A stretch of DNA of 63,547 nucleotides, filler included. It is 9 parts of 9 records of this genome, joined end to end, with 100 filler letters (N's around TTAATTAATTAA, not from the genome) between each part and the next. Parts side by side here need not be neighbours in the genome. Positions count along the whole stretch, not along the records: positions 51,175 to 56,998 come from SRR7504441_7566; positions 57,099 to 60,305 come from SRR7504441_7584; positions 60,406 to 63,547 come from SRR7504441_7601; 6 more parts are not named here. One strand, 5' to 3'. Shown one piece after another: positions 54,101-63,547 of this stretch (positions are counted from its first letter, which is position 1; every line of letters starts with the position of its first letter). The translations under genes were made by a program, and so were the position numbers. The notes under the pieces were generated by a model. The model saw only the letters and a list, made by a program, of their open reading frames with translations. It was not told where the DNA came from and made no database searches.

Positions 54101-56934
54101 CACTCGTTTGTATTCATCCACCATCTCCTGTGCCTTGGCCTTGATGCTGGTCTCAAACGCGGCTCGCGATGCCTCTGCAGCCACCTGGGCCTCACGCAGC
54201 ATGGTCTGAGCCTCCCGACGTACACTGTCGGCCGACTCGCGGGTGATCTGGGCTGCAGCCAGTTGCTCTTTGATCAACTCGTCTGCCTTGGCCCGGGAGT
54301 TAGCTTCAAAGGCAATGCGTTCGTTCTCGTATTTGCGCTGTATTTCCAGCTCTCTGTGGGCACAGCTCTCCTTAACCTTGTCTGCCTCAGCAGCAGCTTC
54401 GTCTGCAACCTTCTTGTACTGGGCCACCAGATCCTCAGCCTTGCGCTGCATCTCAGCTGACTCAGCCATTCGCTCGGCCCTTGCCCGGTCGACCATGTCT
54501 TTCATCTCACGCTGCTGCTTAGCAATCACATCATGTGCCCGAGCCTGTGCATCATTCTCCAGCCCCTGCAGCGAGCGCTCGTGCTCGAGGGCCAGCTGTC
54601 GCTCACGCTCAGCGAATGCAGTCCGTTCCTTCTGAAGCTCGAATTTCACGGCTCGCACCTCGTCCTTAGCACCCTCCAGCAGCTCGTTCGATCTTGCCAT
54701 CACGTTTCGCTCAAACTCTTGCCGGAGCAGGTCCTGCTTGCGCGCTTCCTCTAACTCACGCGCCTGTGCCGCCAGACGTTCATCGGCCAGCCGCATTTCA
54801 GCCAGCTGTGCCGCCTCCTTGTGCTGCCCGATCACAGCATCTGCAGCATTTTGGGCCTCACGCTTAGATTCCTCCACCCGCGCCCGTAGGGACATCTCGA
54901 GCTGCTCCCACTCCCGCTCGCGCCGGCTGAGCTTCTCCTCAGCCAGCCGCTGGCCGGACCTGTACTCGTCCAGCAGCACCTTGCACCGCTCCTCAACACG
55001 TGCCTCAACCTCGCCTGAGCGGGCAGACTGCTCAGCCCTAACCCGCTCGGCGTCTTTCTCGGCCCGGAGCACCGCCTCGCGCATCGCATCGATCTGGGCG
55101 TCAGCCTTCTCCTGCACCTCCCGCCTGATTGCCTCAGCCCGCCTCTCAACCTCAGCTTGCCGCAGAGTGAACCGCTGCCGCTCTGCCTCAAGCTTGTTGG
55201 AGGCTTTGGAGGCCTGCTCCTTGTACTCGGTAATCATGTCGTCGGCCCGCCGGCGCATCTCGGCCTCGAAGGTGGACTTGAAGTTGTCAAACTGCTCAGT
55301 GAGCTCCTTCTCCCGTCCGAGCACCACCTGGTCAGCCTGGCGCTGCAGCTCCATCTCACGTTCGTTCAGGGCCAGTCGCTCATGCTCGGCCTTGGCCAGC
55401 GCATTTTCTGCCATATCCTTGTACTCCTTGACGATCTGCGCTGCCCGGTCGTTCACCTCACGTTCGTACTCAAGCCTCGAGGCCTCCTGCCTTCGCTGTG
55501 CCTCAACAGCCTCCTGCTGTGTCTTGGTCCTGAATGCTTGCAGCCGCTCCTCGGCGTCGGCAGCTGCCTTTTTGTACTGGGCGATTAGTGAGTTGGCCTT
55601 GCTCCCAACGTCCTCCTCGTAGGATGTCTTCCTTCGCTCAAACTCACGCTCACCCTGCAGCTTCTCAGAATGCAGCAGTGCCTGGGCGTCCTCCGCGTCT
55701 CCGCGGGCATCGATCAGCTTCTGTTTGTACTCGTTGATTATGGTGGCGCACCGCTCGTCGGCCTCGACCTCGTACTTGGTCCGGCGCTCCTCAAACTGCT
55801 TCTGCATCTCAAGGTCGCGAGCTTGGAACCCAGCACGCTCTTGGTCTGCGCGCTCAACCGCCTTCATGGCTACCTCTTTGAAGTGGCTGACTGTCTCGTT
55901 GCTCTTCGCCTCGATCTCCTGCTGGAATTTGACCTTGTCAGACTCAGCCTTCTTCATCAGCTCGAATGTAAGTGCCTCCTTCTCGGCTCGCAGCTGCTCA
56001 GCCTGCAGCTCAGCCTCGCGCAGCTGGAGTTGCTTAGTCGCCAGCTTCTCGTCCGCTTCGCCTTTGACTTGCTGCTCAAAGTCGATCCGGTTCAGCTCTG
56101 CCTGATGCATCAGCTCCATCTCACGCGCTCGGTTGTCCCTGATCTCATCAGCTGCTCGCTCGGCAGACTTGGCCGCAGCATCCTTGTAGTCGGCTATCAG
56201 CTGTTCCGCCTTTTTGAGCACCTGCGCCTCGAACTCTCGCCGTTCCTGCTCCACCCGCCGCTGCATCTCCTTCTCACGGATCTGATGCTCCTCGAGGATA
56301 TCCTCTGCCTTCATCTGCCAGTGCTCAGCATCCCGCTTGTGCTGCTCTTCCAGTTCGCGCGCCATATCGGCGTACTTGTCTCGCAGCCGCTTCTCGTACG
56401 CCACTTTCTCTTGTTCGATCTGCTCGATACGCTGCCGCGCCCGGCCGTCGATCTCCTCGGTCTTTTGCACCATTTCCTCTGAGATCCGCTCCTTCTGCCG
56501 ACGCATGTTGTCCTCGTGCTGGAGCTCCAATGCGCGGAACCGCTCGTGCAGCTGCGCCTCATAGCTGGCGGTCTCGGCCTCCAGCTGCTCCTTCATCGTC
56601 TCCAGGTCTAAACAGGCACAACCCGGTCAGCATTACGCCCAGCCCGGCCCGCCCAGCAAGCCGCGGGGCTTACCGCTGCTCTCCACTGGGGCTGTGGTGC
56701 TGGCAGGCTCATCCGGCACAATTACTTTTTTCTGCACCACCGCACACGGAGTCAGCACAACGTGAGGCGCTGTAGAGGGGCTGTAGACGAGCGCGACACA
56801 AGTAAACGGCACGCAGGGCCGGGCGAGCGGAGCCAGCCGCTGGCGGTGCCAGGAGTGGACGAGGGGTTTACCGGTGTGTTGCGGCGAACGCCGGCACGCC
56901 GGAGGCGTTCCAACGCACTGGGCCTCTCCGCCAT
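51175..56934 (-). CDS. Giant E/K/R/A/Q-rich repeat coiled-coil protein, 3'-partial; introns 56732-56871 and 56608-56673, then one >5.4-kb exon
   Basis: >1800 open codons, no Pro seen in the long exon, 51/55-residue repeats; GTAA donors and GCTGAC branch sites. Confidence 0.85.
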
Positions 56935-56998
56935 CGTGTGGCGGCGAACGAATCGAGTACAACTGCCACGCGTGTTTTGATTACAGTACGGTACAACT

Positions 56999-57098
56999 NN
57001 NNNNNNNNNNNNNNNNNNNNNNNNNNNNNNNNNNNNNNNNNNTTAATTAATTAANNNNNNNNNNNNNNNNNNNNNNNNNNNNNNNNNNNNNNNNNNNN
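56999..57098. other. Artificial contig linker
   Basis: N44-TTAATTAATTAA-N44. Confidence 0.98.
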
Positions 57099-57099
57099 G

Positions 57100-57119
57100 C
57101 CCTAACCCTAACCCTAACC
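57100..57119. repeat. Telomere-type repeat (CCCTAA)3 at contig start
   Basis: CCCTAACCCTAACCCTAACC, G-strand running toward the contig end. Confidence 0.85.
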
Positions 57120-58169
57120 TGTGCCCAAGCGGCTCGATTCCCATCTGTGTGCGCATCATTTCCTCGGTCAGCGCCATGATGGCTTCGAATGAGTCGACCC
57201 GATGCCGCTCAAAGCAGCTCTGGTGCTCGACCATTCCGATTTCGCGGAGCAGCCCTTGCAGGCTGAATCGTGCGGCCGCCAGACCCCGCACCCGACCGGA
57301 GGCCTCAGCCCCGCGCACCGCCACCCCCCGCGCATGCTGTTTGCCAGCCTGGGACGGCTGGTCCGGCTGCAGCTTGGAGAAGAAGTCGACCATCCCGCCG
57401 GCCCCTTCACAGAGTGCTTCCCACACCGCACTCCCGCCCGGCGAAGGCGGCCCCGGCCCGGGCTCCAGCACCGGCTGCTCCGCGCTCGACTGGCCGAACC
57501 AGCTCGATTGTGCCCGGCGCGGGGCCCGGCTGGCCGAGGACCTTTTCTCTCCGGCGCCCCACGCAGCGTCAAAGTCAGAGCTGGTTGCTCTCTCGCGCCC
57601 GGGTCGGGTCGCGCTCTCGAGCCCGACGAAGGCGAGTTGGACGCTGCTGTGCTGGGCCCCAGCCTCCATCGGGGTCTGGCCGCGCTGGTTGGCCGCGGAC
57701 GGGTTGGCGCCCAGCGCGAGCAGCCACTCGCAGCTCTCCCCGCGGCCTTCCCGTGCCGCAGCGTGCAGCGCGGTGTGCCCAAAGTTGTCCGGGCTCTCCA
57801 GCTCAGCCCCGTGCTCAGCCAGCGCCCGGACCGCCCCCACGTGCCCCTGCCCGGCCGCCAGGTGCAGCGGCGTGGCTCCCATCCGGTCCTTGGCCGCCGG
57901 ATCAGCCCCCCCATGCACCAGCAAAGCCAGCACCGCTTCCTGCACCCGGATCACCTCCCGGCGCCTGACCCGACGCACCGCATGCCCCGCGGCGGCGGCC
58001 TCGTGCAGGGCGGTGCGGTTGGTCCCGTCCTGAGCCAGGCTGCGCACCGAGGCCCCTTGCTCGATCAGCCCCACCAGCCTGACCCCGGCTCACGCGACTC
58101 AACCCCGCCAGACCGGCCAGCATCCCCGCGACCGGCCGCCCGGTGCAGGCTCTTGTCCAGATCGTCCAT
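57119..58169 (-). CDS. Ankyrin-repeat plus SAM-domain protein, 3'-partial; at least 2 introns
   Basis: TALHEAA, GATPLHLAA, GHTALHAAA, GQTP; SAM LLREIGMVEHQSCFERHRVD..MGIEPLGHR. Confidence 0.88.
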
Positions 58170-58261
58170 CGTCAGCTGCCGGGCGACCTACCTCATGAGT
58201 ATTCCCGTCCTTGAGGAGTCGCCATCTATGCCGTTGCGGCAAAAATCCGTCAGGTTGAATC

Positions 58262-59875
58262 ATGCAGGAGGCCGAGAGCTTGGGCGCGCTGCCGGGCTTC
58301 GCGCTCAGCGGCGGGTCGGCGGGGCCGGGGCCGATGGGGCTCGAGTCGAGCAGGGCTGGGTACACCTGGCGGGCGGCCAAAGGCGGCGGGCACATGCACC
58401 GGGGGGCGGCCGAGCTGCCGGGGAATTCGGGCCAGCCCCAGCCGAGGCGAGGACCCTGTGGTGCGATGAGCCCGGCCGAGTTCGAACAGGGGGTCCCGGG
58501 GGGCTGCTGGAAGACGGCGTCCGGGGCGATCAACGGCAAGCCTTCGGCCCAGAGCTCCGGAGCCCGGCGGCACACCCAGTCCGAGCTGACGATTGACTAC
58601 GACGCAAGCAAGGGCGGGACCAGCCAGCACCGGTCGAGCTCGGTCTGGGGGCTCTCGCTCCGACCGTGGACCTCCCCGAGGCTCAAGGCGCAGCAGCTGC
58701 GTGGCTCGGAGCTGCACAGGGAGCAGCTCGAGCTGGACACTTTCATCCAGCAAGCCGCCCGGCCCAGCAGCGTGCTCGTCCAACCCAAGCACGCCCCGTG
58801 TCCGACTCGTGCCAAGCCCAAACAACAAAGACGGAATCGGGCGCTCCAACAAAGACGGAACCGGGCGCCAGCCCTGATCCCGACAGAGCCGTCTGGAGAG
58901 CAAGCCGCCGCGTTTACGGTGGAGCTGGTGGTGCCCAGTGAGCCGGGCAAGAGAGCCAGTCTGCTCTGCCGTCGGACTGACAGCATCGGACTGTTCCAAG
59001 GCACCGTGGCCGCGTTGACTGGGATCAGCGCCCCAGAACAGAAGCTGAGCCTGCTGGTTGGGCCCGGCAAGGAGGAGCCGGTCTCGTGTGCCGACCCGAA
59101 CTGGACGCTCGAGCGCGCCAAGCTGGGGCCGGGGGCGTCGGTCAAGGTGGAGCGACTGGCCCAGCCCCAGAGCCACTGGCTCGGTCTCAAGCTGATCGAC
59201 GCGTGTGCGCTGGGCGACGTGGTCACGGCGCGCAGTTTGATTAAGAGCAAAGCCCAGATAGATCAGATGAGCGAACGCGGTGTGGCCGTGTGCCGAGAGC
59301 CGACTGACGGGGGTGCAGGCGAGGCAGCTCTGCATGCGGCGGCACGGAGCGGCACGCCAGCCCTGATCACGCTTCTGGTGGCCAACGGAGCAGCACGGGA
59401 CCTAGCAGACCTGCAGGTGCAGCCCACCCCGGTTAGCTCTGACCGGCAGCAGGGCAACACCGCGCTGCACACGGCAGTGGCGGCTCTGGCCACGCCTGGC
59501 ACCAGCCTGCAGGCCGTTTCACTCTTGCTCACTTCAGCAGCCGATCCACTACTGGCCAATGATCAAGGCCTCACTGCGTTCCACCTGGCGGTGTCGTGTG
59601 CCCAGATTCAAGACCAGCTGGCGCTCTCGGTGCTCGAGCTAGTGGCCGAGCGCTGCGTGTGCGTCCAGATCGAGGACATGAACGGGACCAGCAGCTTGGA
59701 GTACGCCAGACGAACCAGCAAACCGGAGTGTGTCAAGTTTCTCGAATCGCTGGAATCTTTGAATCGGGGCAATAGCACCGCTAGCCGACAGGGCCCGAGA
59801 CACTCTTCGACAGTCAGCGAGGCCGAGCGGTCGATTGTTCAACAATACATGAAGCAAAATCCTAACACCAAATGA
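58262..59875 (+). CDS. Ubiquitin-like domain plus ankyrin-repeat protein (probable in-frame short introns)
   Basis: VAALTGISAPEQKLSL..WTLERAKLGPGASVKV; ALHAAA, GNTALHTAV, GLTAFHLAV; 24-nt tandem duplication 58823-58870. Confidence 0.82.
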   Translation: MQEAESLGALPGFALSGGSAGPGPMGLESSRAGYTWRAAKGGGHMHRGAAELPGNSGQPQPRRGPCGAMSPAEFEQGVPGGCWKTASGAINGKPSAQSSGARRHTQSELTIDYDASKGGTSQHRSSSVWGLSLRPWTSPRLKAQQLRGSELHREQLELDTFIQQAARPSSVLVQPKHAPCPTRAKPKQQRRNRALQQRRNRAPALIPTEPSGEQAAAFTVELVVPSEPGKRASLLCRRTDSIGLFQGTVAALTGISAPEQKLSLLVGPGKEEPVSCADPNWTLERAKLGPGASVKVERLAQPQSHWLGLKLIDACALGDVVTARSLIKSKAQIDQMSERGVAVCREPTDGGAGEAALHAAARSGTPALITLLVANGAARDLADLQVQPTPVSSDRQQGNTALHTAVAALATPGTSLQAVSLLLTSAADPLLANDQGLTAFHLAVSCAQIQDQLALSVLELVAERCVCVQIEDMNGTSSLEYARRTSKPECVKFLESLESLNRGNSTASRQGPRHSSTVSEAERSIVQQYMKQNPNTK

Positions 59876-60305
59876 TTGAAAATGCGAGTACTGCTTGTGT
59901 ACGAAGAATTAGATTATGTATTTACGGATTCATGTTATGTACAATTACACTGAGTACATTCATGTTAGTATGACATTAGGTGGTACCTACGGAGTATAGA
60001 ATTACTACATGTACATTGGAACTTGCAGTGACCATCAATCAGGCAGATCGATCTGGCCCATTGTAAGGAGGGAGGATAGGCCGAAGCACTCGTAACCTTG
60101 TGCTACCAATTGTTTTGTTCTTTTCACTCTAGCCGCGCTCGCTCGACAGTTCCACCGACGAACTGAGCGTTGCATATCGTGCATATGCACAATGGTACTA
60201 GTACGCGATGATTGCGAATGTGCTCCTTGCAACTTGAGATCGGCGAGCTGACACAGGGCTCGCTTGAGTGCGGATTGTAATGTGCCCAGCCGAATTGCGA
60301 GAACA

Positions 60306-60405
60306 NNNNNNNNNNNNNNNNNNNNNNNNNNNNNNNNNNNNNNNNNNNNTTAATTAATTAANNNNNNNNNNNNNNNNNNNNNNNNNNNNNNNNNNNNNNN
60401 NNNNN
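60306..60405. other. Artificial contig linker
   Basis: N44-TTAATTAATTAA-N44. Confidence 0.98.
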
Positions 60406-60529
60406 GTGTTTCTATTGAGCACCAAACCCCTGTACGTTGTTTGAAGAATGCGCTTTACAAAATCCGAGCTCACCGTATTACGAGCGTGATTATTTTGATA
60501 CATAATTATGTGCAATTTAACTACTTAAT

Positions 60530-63500
60530 CTAGTCTACCTTCTCAAGAAGTGCAGGGTAAACAAATCCCACTTGCTTTTGTTTTAGCTGCCTATCTAAGT
60601 GTTGTTGCAGCGTTAGCTCGACCGGCTGGGCTGCCGGCTCTGAGTCCGTGGCAGCAACACTGTCCTCGTTGATCAGCTGTAAGCTAACTCGCGGCATCAC
60701 AACCTCGCCTGAGCAAGTGGGCGTGGCTGGGAAGCTCTCGATCAATTGCTCGCCAGGCGGCAGCTCTAGCTCTGTTTGCACCAGACCAGCCACCACAAAG
60801 TCTTGGTCTGCACATACCGACAATGCCAGCCTCAGCCAGTGTTCTGATTTGTTGGTCACAGTCAGTGTGGTCATTGCCGTTTCTCCACACCTGAGCGGGG
60901 CGGGCTGCTTGAGTGTGACCGTGACAGGTGGAGGTGGGATCACATTGGCCACCACTGGCAGCTCAGCCACTGCCTGCTGTTCACTTCCCAACCGGCAGAA
61001 GCTCAGCAGCAGCATCCCCGGGCTATCACTGACACAAGAAGGTTCAACCAGCCAGGTTTGCGCAAAGCTATCTCCTGGTCCGAGTGTCACGGGTGCCTCC
61101 AACTGTGTGATTGGCACTGACTTTTCAGCCCACGGCAGCTGAGGTGTCAGCCCAAGAAGCTGCAAAGTGTGAGGACAACTGATGGTGATCTCAGCAGTCA
61201 TCGCCACCTTCTCTCCTAGGGCTAGCAGCGATGTGGGCACAGCAGAGAACTCGGTGCCATCGCTGACAGACCGATAGAAACACTGGGCCTCAGCAGCCTG
61301 CTGAAGCTCCAGCTCAACCGTCAGCGCCACTGTCTGGCTGAACCCTGCGGTAGTTGTATAGCAGCATTGAACTTGGAGCGCTGCTTGGCTCGGCTGGCTC
61401 AGTCTGAGCATCAGCTCAAACTGCAGGCTAGCCTCTGGACTGGTCTCTGGCAACTGGATCATATCGACCACTTGTCCATTGTGCTCGATTTGGGTGCCGT
61501 CCATCAGCTCCAAGAATTCCAGCTTGCCCTCGGTGATTGTGTCACTGTGAGTTTCCAATGACAGCTGCACTGCATACCGCTCGCCAACGAGCGCCGGTGG
61601 CTGATGTGAGGCTTGCAGTGTCACAGTGGCCACAGGTGGTTGCACCTTGATTGCTGACCTTGAAAGCATCTCACCTGAGAGTGACAGCTCCACAAATTGA
61701 CCATCATCTCCATCGTCAAAGTGGAGCTCTGCACTCTGCAGCTTTGCCAGTGAAGTAGCAGCGTGCCAGGGGCTCTGTGCTGCGAGCGCAGGAGGAACTT
61801 GATGCTCAAAAATGAGCAGCGAGGCAGAAGGGCCAATATGCAGCCGCAGCAGCCGCACGTGGAGCTCTTGAGGGGCGGTTAGCTCATACTGCAGCTCGAA
61901 ACGCTGCTCCACCTCTGGCTCGAGCATTCGTGGCTCGTCGAGATGCTTGTCTAAAGTGCTATCAGAGAGCGTGACTTCAAGAGCTGCCAGCTGGAGTGGA
62001 TGTTCAGCATGACTAGTGATAGACACAGCTAGCCTGGCAGGGCTGTTCGCACTCACAGATGGCGCATTCCACTGGACACACACCTGCCACAAATAAGTGA
62101 TGCTCGTCGATTCAGCCGCTGGCAATCATACCGTGAGCAGCTGGAAGCTTGAGTCGACTTTAAAGCTCACTGGGAGGTTGGCTGGAAGCTCAGGAAACAC
62201 CTAAGGTCGACCAGTCAGCATGCAGCATCATACTCATAGTCGGAATATTGGATTAATTGAACGGAGGCAAGCTCGTACAAACATTGAGTGCTAGTGGGGC
62301 TTTTGCCTGGGCATACTTCCCCGGGTTGGATATCAACTCCATCAACACCTGCTGAGTAATGAACAAATATTGGAGCACAATTCTTTTTAACAATTCATAC
62401 CTCTTGCATCTTAGCCTTTTGGTCTCTTGAGTCATTCATGCAACGAGGCAACAGCTGGACTGTCTCCCAGCTGTCAACACACATCAATGAGCTGCTGAAG
62501 GTTCCATTCAGCTAAGCCATATTTTGAGCTAGGGTTAGGGCTACAGATAGTCTGAAGCATGTCCAAGATGCCACGAACACAGTGATGAGGTGTTGACCAC
62601 TGGTGTCAATAAGGCCCACCTGATGGTCCAGCTTAGTACCAGCCTCTCCTAGTTCTAATGGAGCCAGTCTTAACAAACAAGTCATCAAGTAGTCATAATG
62701 TTCAGGATGGTACAAGCTAGTAGTAACCAGGCTTCCTTGCGGTATGCAGCTGCCACTGGCCTGAGAAGATCTTTTGCTTTTTGATACTGCCCCAAGCTTA
62801 ATTGTATTCATTGCATGCCAAAGGCAAGGACCTGGCCAGCGCTGAACAGCTCAGTACCCATTTTTATCGAGAGACTCATCATCATTCGCCTGCCACCAAC
62901 ACCGCTCAACCTTCTGAAAGGCTTTAAGCAGCCAGGCAGCGATAGTATCCCTTCAAGCAGTCTGAAACGCAATTAGCCAGCAAGGGAGTAGGACCGTAGG
63001 TTGTGCCTAGAGACAAAAGCAAGAGCCTCAGCCAACAAAGACATTGTGATCGCCTGCCAGAACGAGTTCATGCTATATTTAAAAGCAAGACGATAAGCAC
63101 CGCATGATTAACAGCAGCCTCTGCGCGGATGGCTTCGGCCACTTCAAGCTCTGATGTGTCCTGTTTAAAAGTCAATGCTGTCTCGCGGGTCATTCATTTG
63201 AGGGGTCACCTGAGTGAGCTGTTCAGGAGTGTCGATCACGATGGTTGGCCGCTGCCATCAATGCCCCTCAAATGCTACCAAAGAGATACAGGAGTATAGT
63301 CTTGCTAATGGTCAGGTCATGGGTAAACTGCAAGGGCGGGAGCTAGGGTTGCAGAGCCGTCCACCTGCCCAAGCCACATGGACGGCTGCTTCTGCAGTTC
63401 AGGACTGGCTGTCTCCTTCACCTGATGCACCGTTTCATCAATTGTTCAGGCGAGATTTCAGGCTCGAGGGTGGACCGGACCGGTGAGAGGGCTCCAGGAT

Positions 63501-63547
63501 GTCGGTCCCGCCGCAGGCACGCCTCGGGTGCCGGCCGGCCGGCTGAA
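60530..63547 (-). CDS. TRAPPC11: TRAPP complex subunit 11 (foie gras/gryzun), 5'-partial, ~10 introns in the 5' part
   Basis: Spliced RMMMSLSIKMGTELF..YQKAKDLL..YRKEAWWALLT..DYL..QLL; HQPPALVGERY; DFVVAG..LPPG..GEVVMPRV. Confidence 0.85.

Noticed and set aside
51175-56998. Contig from a different organism (66- and 140-nt introns)
   Set aside because: TRAPPC11 also has 74-108-nt introns and the CG-ATG start context matches; not excluded but unsupported without coverage data.
57149-59335. Long antisense and overlapping ORFs here and throughout the track
   Set aside because: Shadow ORFs expected from high GC; Pro/Arg/Ala/Ser-rich with no motifs.
3654-60405. Eight identical TTAATTAATTAA cores as a repeat family or array
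   Set aside because: Each sits in the middle of an 88-N, 100-bp block: an artificial six-frame-stop contig joiner.
62890-62994. GA-AG donor in TRAPPC11
   Set aside because: A single ~105-nt GT-AG intron giving RHNLRRM fits without invoking a GA donor.
161-63547. Functional gene cluster or prokaryote-type defence system
   Set aside because: Neighbouring genes are functionally unrelated eukaryotic housekeeping and signalling genes on separate contigs; no CRISPR, integrase, RT or transposase motifs seen.

Overview
The window is nine short contigs of a compact, GC-rich microbial EUKARYOTE, joined by eight artificial 100-bp linkers (N44-TTAATTAATTAA-N44), so gene order across linkers is meaningless. 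The standard genetic code and TTAGGG-type repeats are used. The six-frame ORF track is fragmented because many genes are split by tiny spliceosomal introns (mostly 36-46 nt, mode about 38), which I placed by hand from reading-frame logic. About 30 genes are supportable, including BCKDHB, MER3/HFM1, DEPDC5/IML1, INTS1, TRAPPC11, USP40-like, TMEM184, Derlin, GST, an EF-hand/CaMK-like kinase, a GPCR-PIPK, a JmjC oxygenase and a >1800-aa repeat coiled-coil. I found no rRNA, tRNA, CRISPR or recognisable transposase. The most notable signals are: (1) a near fixed-length intron system with roughly 10% GC-AG donors, a relaxed fixed-distance branch motif and no pyrimidine tract; (2) telomeric repeats starting exactly at a splice-donor-like site inside a SAM domain, plus telomere-like hexamers in another intron; (3) almost strict strand alternation, with divergent start codons as little as 11-70 bp apart and GTAC-palindrome-rich convergent spacers; (4) a proline-free giant helix built from 51- and 55-residue repeats; (5) unusual domain architectures (MER3+PBZ, DEPDC5 with a coiled coil in place of DEP, EF-hand-kinase-trefoil). 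Family calls rest on motif recognition only; no database search was run and I cannot name the organism.
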